NCBI GenBank assembly: GCA_964247055.1
Contig: OZ176050.1
Coordinates: 14,880,001-14,944,000, forward strand
Direction: 5' to 3'
Source of the DNA: Paragordius varius
Lineage: Eukaryota > Animalia > Nematomorpha
Length of the DNA stretch: 64,000 nucleotides
A program made the translations under genes and the position numbers. Below are positions 42,601-53,800 of the stretch, in pieces. How positions within the stretch are numbered: the first letter of the stretch is position 1; every line of letters starts with the position of its first letter. Below the pieces are notes generated by a model. That model saw only the letters and a program-made list of their open reading frames with translations. It made no database searches and was not told the DNA's origin.

Positions 42601-45600
42601 CCTAGGGCGAAAAATAGATTTAAAAAATTATTTTTGTGGACTTTGTTTTTTTGAAAAAAATGACATTTTACGGGGGGAGCAGGTAAAAAGAGCGCCTAAA
42701 TCAAAATAGCGAGACGACTATGTTCGGCGCGATCAAAAATAGGTAAACAAAAATCATATTTGAAATTGAATGGTCCAACAGATTCTGCTGAAAATTGTCT
42801 CAACCTGTTTTTTACACGGGGGGCCCGAACTGGGGCCCTAATTCCAAAAAAAGACGAGGCTATTGTAAGACATTTATTTATGATTATATTTTTTCGATAT
42901 TTGGATTTGATTGGGTTCACCGGTTTTCCGGAAACAAATCATATTACATGAAAAATCAGTTTTTAGCGGGTAGCTCATTACCCAGCAGCTATCATCAAAG
43001 AAACTCTTGACAAAAATTTTTGTCTTTTAACAGGGAAAACGTGGAATCCATACTGAATTTTTACGGTCTCATACCTAGGGCGAAAAATAGATTTAAAAAA
43101 TTATTTTTGTAAACTTTGTTTTTTGAAAAAAATAACATTTTACGGGGGGAGCGGGTAAAAAGAGCGCCCAAATCAAAATAGCGAGACGACTATGTTCGGC
43201 GCCATCAAAAATAGGTAAACAAAAATCATATTTGAAATTGCACGGTCCAACAGATTCTGCGGAAAATTGTCAAACCTGTTTTTTACACGGGGTAGGCCCG
43301 AACTGGAGGCCAAATTCTAAAAAAGGCGAGTCTTTGTATGACATTTATTTATGATTATATTTTTTCGATATTTGGATTTCATTGGGTTCACCGGTTTTCC
43401 GGAAACAAATCACAAAGTTACATGAAAAATTAGTTTTTAGCGGGTAGCTTTTTACCCAGCAGCTATCATCAAAGAAATTCTTGACTAAAATTTTTGTTTT
43501 TTAACAGGGAATACGTGGAATCCATATTGAATTTTGACGGTCTCATACCTAGGGCGAAAAATAGTTTTAAAAAATTATTTTTGTGGACTTTGTTTTTTGA
43601 AAAAAATGACATTTTACAGGGGAAGCGGGTAAAAAGAGCGCCTAAATCAAAATAGCGACACGACTATGTTCGGCGCGATCAAAAATAGGTAAACAAAAAT
43701 TATATTTGAAATTGAATGGTCCAACAGATTCTGCGGAAAATTGTCAAACCTGTTTTTTACACGGGGTAGGCCCGAACTGGGGGCCAAATTCCAAAAAAGG
43801 CGAGTCTTTGTAAGACATTTATTATGATTATATTTTTTCGATATTTGGATTTCATTGGGTTCACCGGTTTTCCGGAAACAAATCACAAAGTTACATGAAA
43901 AATTAGTTTTTAGCGGGTAGCTTTTTACCCAGCAGCTATCATCAAAGAAATTCTTGACTAAAATTTTTGTTTTTTAACAGGGAATACGTGGAATCCATAT
44001 TGAATTTTGACGGTCTCATACCTAGGGCGAAAAATAGTTTTAAAAAATTATTTTTGTGGACTTTGTTTTTGGAAAAAAATGACATTTTACAGGGGAAGCG
44101 GGTAAAAAGAGCGCCTAAATCAAAATAGCGACACGACTATGTTCGGCGCGATCAAAAATAGGTAAACAAAAATCATATTTGAAATTGAATGGTCCAACAG
44201 ATTCTGCGGAAAATTGTCAAACCTGTTTTTTACACGGGGTAGGCCCGAACTGGGGGCCAAATTCCAAAAAAGGCGAGTCTTTGCAAGACATTTATTATGA
44301 TTATATTTTTTCGATATTTGGATTTCATTGGGTTCACCGGTTTTCCGGAAACAAATCACAAAGTTACATGAAAAATCAGTTTTTAGCGGGTAGCTTTTTA
44401 CCCAGCAGCTATCATCAAAGAAATTCTTGACTAAAATTTTTGTTTTTTAACAGGGAATACGTGGAATCCATATTGAATTTTGACGGTCTCATACCTAGGG
44501 CGAAAGTTTTAAAAAATTATTTTTGTGGACTTTGTTTTTTGAAAAAAATGACATTTTACAGGGGAAGCGGGTAAAAAGAGCGCCTAAATCAAAATAGCGA
44601 CACGACTATGTTCGGCGCGATCAAAAATAGGTAAACAAAAATCATATTTGAAATTGAATGGTCCAACAGATTCTGCGGAAAATTGTCAAACCTGTTTTTT
44701 ACACGGGGTAGGCCCGAACTGGGGGCCAAATTCCAAAAAAGGCGAGTCTTTGTAAGACATTTATTTATGATTATATTTTTTCGATATTTGGATTTCATTG
44801 GGTTCACCGGTTTTCCGGAAACAAATCACAAAGTTACATGAAAAATTAGTTTTTAGCGGGTAGCTTTTTACCCAGCAGCTATCATCAAAGAAATTCTTGA
44901 CTAAAATTTTTTGTTTTTTAACAGGGAATACGTGGAATCCATATTGAATTTTGACGGTCTCATACCTAGGGCGAAAAATAGTTTTAAAAAATTATTTTTG
45001 TGGACTTTGTTTTTGGAAAAAAATGACATTTTACAGGGGAAGCGGGTAAAAAGAGCGCCTAAATCAAAATAGCGACACGACTATGTTCGGCGCGATCAAA
45101 AATAGGTAAACAAAAATCATATTTGAAATTGAATGGTCCAACAGATTCTGCGGAAAATTGTCAAACCTGTTTTTTACACGGGGTAGGCCCGAACTGGGGG
45201 CCAAATTCCAAAAAAAGGCGAGTCTTTGTAAGACATTTATTTATGATTATATTTTTTCGATATTTGGATTTCATTGGGTTCACCGGTTTTCCGGAAACAA
45301 ATCACAAAGTTACATGAAAAATCAGTTTGTAGTGGGTAGCTCCTTACCCAGCAGCTATCATCAAAGAAATTCTTGACTAAAATTTTTGTCTTTTAACAGG
45401 GAATACGTGGAATCCATATTGAATTTTGACGGTCTCATACCTAGGGCGAAAAATAGTTTTGAAAAATTATTTTTGTGGACTTTGTTTTTGGAAAAAAATG
45501 ACATTTTACAGGGGAAGCGGGTAAAAAGAGCGCCTAAATTAAAATAGCGACACGACTATGTTCGGCGCGATCAAAAATAGGTAAACAAAAATCATATTTG

Positions 45601-47269
45601 AAATTGAATGGTCCAACAGATTCTGCGGAAAATTGTCAAACCTGTTTTTTACACGGGGTAGGCCCGAACTGGGGGCCAAATTCCAAAAAAGGCGAGTCTT
45701 TGTAAGACATTTATTTATGATTATATTTTTTCGATATTTGGATTTCATTGGGTTCACCGGTTTTCCGGAAACAAATCACAAAGTTACATGAAAAATTAGT
45801 TTTTAGCGGGTAGCTTTTTACCCAGCAGCTATCATCAAAGAAATTCTTGACTAAAATTTTTGTTTTTTAACAGGGAATACGTGGAATCCATATTGAATTT
45901 TGACGGTCTCATACCTAGGGAGAAAAATAGTTTTAAAAAATTATTTTTGTGGACTTTGTTTTTTGAAAAAAATGACATTTTACAGGGGAAGCGGGTAAAA
46001 AGAGCGCCTAAATCAAAATAGCGACACGACTATGTTCGGCGCGATCAAAAATAGGTAAACAAAAATCATATTTGAAATTGAATGGTCCAACAGATTCTGC
46101 GGAAAATTGTCAAACCTGTTTTTTACACGGGGGGCCCGAACTGGGGGCCAAATTCCAAAAAAGGCGAGTCTTTGTAAGACATTTATTATGATTATATTTT
46201 TTCGATATTTGGATTTCATTGGGTTCACCGGTTTTCCGGAAACAAATCACAAAGTTATAGAAAAATCAGTTTTTAGCGGGTAGCTTTTTACCCAGCAGCT
46301 ATCATCAAAGAAATTCTTGACTAAAATTTTTGTTTTTTAACAGGGAATACGTGGAATCCATATTGAATTTTGACGGTCTCATACCTAGGGCGAAAAATAG
46401 TTTTAAAAAATTATTTTTGTGGACTTTGTTTTTTGAAAAAAATGACATTTTACGGGGGGAGCAGGTAAAAAGAGCGCCTAAATCAAAATAGCGAGACGAC
46501 TATGTTCGGCGCGATCAAAAATAGGTAAACAAAAATCATATTTGAAATTGAATGGTCCAACAGATTCTGCGGAAAATTGTCTCAACCTGTTTTTACACGG
46601 GGGGCCCGAACTGGAGGCCTAATTCCAAAAAAGGGCGAGGCTATTGTCGGGATATTTATTTATGATTATATTTTTTCGATATTTGGATTTGATTGGGTTC
46701 ACCGGTTTTCCGGAAACAGATCACAAAGTTACATAAAAAATCAGTTTTTAGCGGGTAGCTCCTTACTCAGCAGCTATTATCAAAGAAACTCTTGACTAAA
46801 ATTTTTGACTTTTAACAGGGAATACGTGGAATCTATATTGAATTTTTACGGTCTCATACCTAGGGCGAAAAATAGATTTAAAAAATTATTTTTGTGGACT
46901 TTGTTTTTTGAAAAAAATGACATTTTACGGGGGAAGCGGGTAAAAAGAGCGCCTAAATCAAAATAGCGAGACGACTATGTTCGGCGCAATCGAAAATAAG
47001 TAAACAAAAATTATATTTGAGATTGTCCAACACGTTTTCCATAAAATTGTCTCAAAGACATGATTTTTGTGGACTTCTGTTTTCAAAAAAAAACCGTTTT
47101 TCACACGGGGAGGGCCTGAACAGGGGGCCTAATTCAAAAAAAAGGCGAAGCTATTGTCGGGGCATTCATTAATGATTATATTTTTTCGATGTTTGGATTT
47201 GAATGGGTCTACCGCTTTTCCGGTACCAGATCCCAAAGCCAGCATTTTCCATTTTTATAAATATATAGA
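21621..47269 (-). mobile_element. Giant (25.6 kb) non-autonomous Helitron, subfamily B, with an internal satellite expansion
   Basis: The minus strand starts TCTATATATTTATAAAAATGG at 47269 and ends TTTACGCTAG at 21621, inserted between A and T with no TSD. Both termini and the unique 3' region match the 1.8-kb copy at 48508-50303. Confidence 0.85.
21745..47240. repeat. Tandem satellite array, ~53 monomers of ~474 bp; five 538-bp variants carry an internal Helitron 5' end
   Basis: Marker CTATGTTCGGCGCGATC recurs at spacings of 476, 538, 469, 474, 475 and 476 bp and continues to ~46980. Monomers are highly similar, with diagnostic variants. Confidence 0.97.
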
Positions 47270-47621
47270 TATAATTATTATTATTTTTTCTCCAATAACT
47301 CTATTTATTGCAAATTATATTTATCGGTGAGACTACGCTATACCGAAGCGGACAGGGCCTGCAACAAAGTTTCTATATAGTATTTCGAATAACCTATTAT
47401 TTTTTTTCATATTTGTTGGGGTCGTTAAAAAACTCGCAATCATAAATGGGGTCGGCAACTACAAAAGTTTAACAAGCCCTGATATATACCATTTACGATT
47501 TAAATTCACCCTTGAACAATTCAATTCACCCTCAAATAATAATGTTTTTTTTTAATTAAAATAATACTAAAAAAATAATAAACTATGCCATAAAGATATA
47601 TTTCTTATTAACAATGAATTA

Positions 47622-48020
47622 TAAATGACGACATTATGTGGAGATTATACTAATTAGCCTACCATCAATTAGAAGTCATAGTACTTCCTATCAAGCAATT
47701 GGTGGCTTTAAGAAACGAAAAATATAAGATAACAGTCAGTTCTCTGTTTTCTCCATCACCAACTATAATTGGTCTTAAATTTTAAAATACTGTATATATA
47801 CAAACTTCTAATTGACAGTGTTTGCCCGTATTCATTAGGTGTGACTTATGAATCCACAACAACGACGAAACGCGTCTAACACAATGGACACGTGGTAAAC
47901 ACTAAACACTGTCATCTTAAAATTTCGTTTCATAAAAAGCAATTGTTCGATAGGAAGTACTATGACTTCTAATTGCAATGGTAGGCTAATTAGTATAATT
48001 TCCACATAATGCGTTATTAA
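47622..48020. mobile_element. MITE family 3 (~400 bp, ~110-bp TIRs)
   Basis: CATTATGTGGAGATTATACTAATTAGCCTACCAT..AATTAGAAGTCATAGTACTTCCTATC... is inverted at 47908-48013. Confidence 0.75.
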
Positions 48021-48065
48021 ATATAAAGATGGCGTTTTCCGTCTCTATATATAATTTTTTGATAG

Positions 48066-50454
48066 TACCATTTGCATTTCAAGAGTGTCCTTGAACACTT
48101 TAAGTTGGTCCTTTAACACTTCAAATTGGTCCTTGAATACTTTAAGTTGGTCCTTGAACACTTCAAATTGCTCCTTTGACTTTTTGGTTTTGTTAAAAAC
48201 ACTTATTAATCATATCGTAAATCATCATCTATTTTATCGTTTTTGACTTTCAATTATTTAACATAAATTTTAAATCAATATCGACTTTTAATCAATGAGA
48301 AACCCTATATCTTTATTAATATCTTAAAATTATTTCGTACACTTATAAGATTTTAAAACGTTATAAAATATATAAGTTTTTTGGGTTATTATTTACAATT
48401 TTTATGGAAAACATTTAAAAGTTAATAATTTTGTTAAATCGGAAAAAAATTAGTTTGAAGCAAAAAAGTGATTTTAAAATCAAAATTTCTATTTTAAAAT
48501 GACTAAATCTATATATTTATAAAAATGGAAAATGCTGGCTTGGTGATCTGGTACCGAAAAACCAGTAGACCGATTCAATTTCAAACATCGAAAATATATA
48601 ATCATTAATGAATGCCCCGACAAAAGCTTTTTTTGAAATAGGCCCCCAGTTCGGGCCCACCCCCTGTGAAAAACGGTTTTTTTTGAAAACAGAAGTCCAC
48701 AAAAATCGTGTCTTTGAGACAATTTGAACGTGTTCATTCAATATCAAATATGATTTTTGTTTACTTATTTTCGATTGCGCCGAACATAGTCGTCTGGCTT
48801 TTAAAATTTAGGCCCTCTTTTTACCCGCTCCCCCCTAAAATGCCATTTTTTTAAAAAAACCAAGTCTACAAATATAATTTTTTAAATTATTTTTCGCCCT
48901 AAATATGAGACCGTAATCAAAAAATATCATCATCAATGAATGCCCCGACAATAGCCCCGTGTAAAAAACAGGTTAAGACAATTTTCCGGCGAACATGTTG
49001 GACAATTCGATTACAAATATAATTTTAGTTTACTTATTTTCGATTGTGCCGAACATAGTCGACTCATTTTTTGATTTAGGCATCTTTTTACCCGCTACCG
49101 CCGAATGCCATTTTTTTCAAAAAACCCACAAAAATAATTTTTTAAATCTATTTTTTGCCTTAGGTATAAGACCGTAAAAATTCAATATGGGTACCACGTA
49201 TTCCCTGATAAAAGTCAAAAATTTTAGTCAAGCGTTTCTTTGATGATAGCTGCTGGGTAAGGAGCTACCCGCTAAAAACTGATTCATCATGTGGCTTTGT
49301 GATTTGTTTCCGGAAAACCGGTATACCCATTCAAATCCAAACATCAAAAAATATCATCATCAATGAATGCCCCGACAATAGCTTCGCCCCGTGTAAAAAA
49401 ACAGGTTAAGACAATTTTCCGGAGAACGTGTTGGACAATTCGATTTCAAATATAATTTTAGTTTACTTATTTTCGATTGTACCGAACATAGTCGACTCAC
49501 TTTTTTGATTTAGGCCTCTTTTTACCCGCTACCCCCGTAAAATGCCATAGTCCACAAAAATAATTTTATGATTGTATTTTTTTCCCCAAGGTATGAGACT
49601 GTAAAAATTCAATAAGAATTTTTAGTATTCCCTGTTTAAAGGCAAAAATTTTAGTCAAGCGTTTCTTTGATGATAGCTACTGAGTAAAAAGTATCTATCA
49701 TATGTATAGGATGTTAAAAAATATATGTATAATAAAACATTATTTATGGTAATTTATATATTTATAAAAATGGAAAATGCTGGCTTTGTGATCTGGTACG
49801 GGAAAACCGGTAGACCCATTCAAATCCAAACATTAAAAAAATATAATCATTAATGAATGCCCCGACAATAGCTTCGCCTTTTTTTGAAATAAGCCCCCAG
49901 TTCGGGCCTACCCCGTGTAAAAAACAGGTTGAGACAATTTTCCGGAGAACGTGTTGGACCATTCAATTACAAATATGATTTTTGTTTACTTATTTTCGAT
50001 TGCGGGAACATAGTCGTCTCGCTTTTTTAATTTAAACCCTGTTTTTAACCGCTCTCAGCCTAAAATGCCATTTTCAAAAAACAAAGTCCACAAAAATAAT
50101 TTTTTAAATCTATTTTTCCCCCAAGTAAACAATAAATTAGTATGAATGCAACGTTTTAAAATTCCTATGAGATCATAGATATTAAATAATGTTTTGAAAT
50201 AATCCACATATGTGGATCATTTTATTGTCCCTTTTTTCAAATAACCCCCCCTCCTCCAGTCCGAAGGACTTCCTCGGGCTGCGTAACAGCAGATTTACGC
50301 TAGTATAAAATAAAAGAAAACCACGTTAAAAAATAATAAAATAAAAATACATGCAAAAATCCTGGTTACAAAATTTAAAAATTTTAAGGACCAACTTGGA
50401 ATGTTCAAGGACCAACTTGAAGTGTTCAAGGACACTTTTAAAGTGCAAATGGTA
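48066..50454. mobile_element. MITE family 1, copy 3, interrupted by the 1.8-kb Helitron B
   Basis: 21-mer TIR arrays at 48066-48180 and 50385-50454. The body rejoins the family consensus when 48508-50303 is removed. Confidence 0.85.
48508..50303 (+). mobile_element. Non-autonomous Helitron subfamily B, short (1796 bp) copy with ~3-4 monomers
   Basis: A|TCTATATATTTATAAAAATGG ... GC-rich hairpins (AGTCC-GAA-GGACT 50258-50270; GCTG-CGTAA-CAGC 50278-50290) ... TTTACGCTAG|T; no TSD. Confidence 0.9.
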
Positions 50455-50874
50455 TATATTAGTTAGAAATCACATAATTGTTGTTTAGGGTGATGAGTCC
50501 GAGGGTGAATTTGGACTGTAAATGGCATTATTTGAATATATCGTTTATGATTTATGGATATAGATAGATAGCATAAATATTTATTTCAAAATAACTATAA
50601 AGTAATTCAATATGCTATTATTTAAATAAAAAAATCCAATTTAAAAAATATATAATATTCTATTACATATTATGTTCTATAATAATTATAATTTGGATAA
50701 AATTTTTAGTATATACCATGAAATATAGTAAAAATAATTAGAAATATGATGCAATAATACTTTTGTACAAAGTGTACAATATATGCTTGATATAAAATAT
50801 GTAGATAAAAAGATGGGTAAGTATTTAGAAAAAAGGGAGAATTCTTGATTAACATAAATATTATCCACTAAATT

Positions 50875-53800
50875 TCAGGCTATAGGCAAGCGTTTTTTAT
50901 GTTCTTTCATAGCTGTGGCATACCATTCCAATTGTTTAAGGAATTTATCAGCCCGTTCATTAAGCGTGGCATCTTTCGGTTTGCCAGTTTCATCGATGGC
51001 CTCCGTGATTTTAGCGATTGAAAGGAGCGAAGGAATTGAAACGGAACCGAGTTCAATCAACATACCTCGTAATTGAATAGCACATCGAACTCCGCCCAGA
51101 AAACCTTGAGAAAAAAAATTTGAGCAAAAAACCAAATCAAGTCCACCACATTTTATAATAATAAATAAATATGTAAATGCTTGATGGCGTATTTTTTCAA
51201 TTGTATTTAAACGGATCCAAAACTTAAATTTTATGATTTAAAAAGTTTTGAGCAAAAATCCCAATGTTTTCCAAAAATAGATTATGAATGATATCTATTT
51301 TTAGCAAACAAAAATATTTTTTGGTAAAAATATGCATTGTTACGAAGATTTATTAGGAGATGAATTTATAAAATTTATGTTTAAAATTCGGTATGGTTTT
51401 AATATCCATTAAAAAACACTCTCTAATCCAGTGGTACTCACCAAAAATTTTGACGGGCCAAATAAAATATATTTTTTTTTCGAGGGCCATGAACCTTATA
51501 ATGGAAAATATTCCATAGCTATTTTACACATATGCACATATTTATACTCTAAATCTGCATAATTGCAGATCGTATGTAAATCCAGCTAAAAACTCGCACC
51601 ATTTACTTTAAAAAATTAAAATATTTTAATAAAAATTATTTTGATATCCAATAATTTTTGACAAATAATCTTGCCAAAACTCCACATTCTACAATTATTC
51701 TTGAGTATAAGCTCCATATTGGAATCATTTTTATAATCTACATTTCAATGATATGCGCCTTATCAAAACATAAATGTTCAAGTTGTTTATTATTGGATAT
51801 ATCCATACGCATGGATTTTCAACGGTTTTATGCAATTTTTAAATTTTTAAAATCTGAATTTTCATTAAATAAAAATGTTAAATGATTGTCTATTTTCAAA
51901 TTAATCTCCGCGGTAAATTTCATATTTTCTCATTATTCGTTTAAAATGTTGAAAGATCCTGGAGTGTTTTATGTTATTAATTTTTCTTCAAAGGCAAATA
52001 TTTGATAAGCGAATTGGGTTGATATTTTGCTCCCTTGAAGACTGTATTAAAAATACTAAGTTTATATGTAATGTCGCAAAGGTAGGCTAATAATCCCACC
52101 ATTTATACCATTAATATCCTAGACACACTTTCTGTTATATTTTAAAACTCTGTCTTAAAACAAAAAATCTATTTAATACTTTGCTAAAGCTTAGCCATCT
52201 CACAGCGGTGTACAAAAGAATATTATAACTCACTGTAACTTTCAATAGGTTTTTGGATTTACGGCGGTTAAATTCTCTGCTACAGATGTGATTAACTCCA
52301 CAACCGTTTTAATTATTATATTTAATGATTCATCTTTTACACGCGAATGATGAATAAAGCATTGAAAGGATAAAATATTTTGCAAATTATATGGGGTTTT
52401 CAAAAAAAGAATAAATTATTTGTTTATTCCAATCATAGAGGGCCAGTCATCTGTTCAGATCAAAACCAATTTCCTCATAGATATACCATTATTATCGAAA
52501 AAAGTGCTAATTATTTCAGAGAAAATCACTTTTTGTGGTATTATTCATTGGTAAAATTTTTAGATATTCCTTGTTGATTATGTTGTCGTTGCAAAATTTC
52601 ACTAAGAGGGCACATTGAGGTGTTGAACTAATATCAGTGCTAGAATCGATAGCAATACTAAAATATTTGCAGTTTTTCAGAGCCAATAATGTATTTTAGA
52701 ACATATATTTAGATATATCTTCAATGCGTCAGGTACATGTTGAATCAAAAAGTTTTTTTAATTTGCCTTGATATATCTTTATTATAAAATTTATCAAATA
52801 AAAAAGTGCAACCATTTATTAGACATTATTTTATTAGTTGAGAATAAACGGTTTCATATTTTCCCCTAAAATATGGCAAATTTCATACGGAGCTAATGTT
52901 ACAGCTTTTTACTGGGAGAAAGCTATGGACACAATTGATTTTTCTTTCTGGTATAATTCCTTAATCTTTTTATATTTTTCGTTTCTTTCTCATGATTTTC
53001 TGGTAATTTATCAGAACGATGGCTGTAAGATGTCTTACAATACTGTATTTTTATGATTTTGTTTTTACATATAATACAGGAAAGAGCATTTTTATTTAAA
53101 ACGACAAGGAATTTGTCTTCCCATTTTTTATTAAAGGAGTGATTTTTATCTGAAAATTTACGTTTTTAGCATTAAATGTCATCCTTTGAATTTATGTTTA
53201 AATATTATGTAAATTTTTCAAAAAAATAGGAATATAATTTGATCAATAAAAACAGGTCAAAATTTAATGATGTTGATTTCAAAAATATTTTATAAGAATG
53301 ATTTATAAAAAATGATGCTAGATATGAAAAGAATATGTATATGCAAGTTTGGGTGAAAGGCTTGCTTAAATACAAAAAAAGAGTGCAATAGTGCCAAAAT
53401 TTTAAAACCATATCATTATAGCGAAATTTTTCTATATTTCGAATTGGGTAAAAGTAAAAATTACCAAAATTGAATCTAAAAAACAAAAATAAAAATAAGC
53501 GAAAATTCGTTTAAGTGTATTTTAAAAGTTCAGTAAAAAATAATTTAGATATCAATATGGTCATAGCGCAATTAAAAATTACTTTTCGAATTGCGATTCT
53601 ATGGTTCAACCTTTTCTTTTCATTTTAAACCTTATATATTTAGTATAAATTAATACATGCAAAAGACGGTAGCTATGTGTAGTGATCGTATGCTGTAAGA
53701 TCAAAGAAAACTGATTTGTTTAATAGTTAAACAAATAAAACTAAATCGATTATAAATTTCTTATATCATTATTTACTCTAAGAACTAATTTTCTTTAATT

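Larger units (their letters stand above)
20485..47369 (+). mobile_element. Non-autonomous Helitron, subfamily A (own sequence 20485-21620 plus 47270-47369), interrupted by the giant subfamily B element
   Basis: 5' A|TCTATATATATAATGGAAAATG. The two pieces rejoin collinearly with the copy at 55137-58086, which lacks the B insert. The 3' end has CGAAGCG..ACAGGGCC then a decayed CTAG-like end. Confidence 0.75.
20320..47481. mobile_element. hAT-type non-autonomous shell (~280 bp of own sequence) containing the nested Helitrons
   Basis: Starts CAGG at 20320 and ends CCTG at 47481, flanked by an identical 8-bp direct repeat ATATATAC (20312-20319, 47482-47489). GGGGTCG subterminal motifs lie near both ends. 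Confidence 0.6.

Noticed and set aside
23309-46795. Dozens of 60-120 aa ORFs on both strands in the ORF track
   Set aside because: They are the same satellite monomer translated in different frames. Their limits shift with homopolymer indels and they show no protein motif.
21745-47240. CRISPR array, rDNA/IGS or tandem gene cluster interpretation
   Set aside because: Units are near-identical over their whole length with no unique spacers, no cas genes and no recognisable rRNA or snRNA sequence; the context is eukaryotic.
20485-47269. Single giant foldback (TIR) transposon
   Set aside because: The inverted ends are explained by antiparallel nesting of two Helitrons sharing a 5' end. Each has its own TC/CTAG-type boundaries and a separate copy in the window.
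47353-47481. Tiny hAT MITE CAGGGCCTG...CAAGCCCTG
   Set aside because: No TSD. The left CAGGGCC is also present in the second Helitron A 3' tail, and the right end pairs better with 20320 through the ATATATAC TSD.
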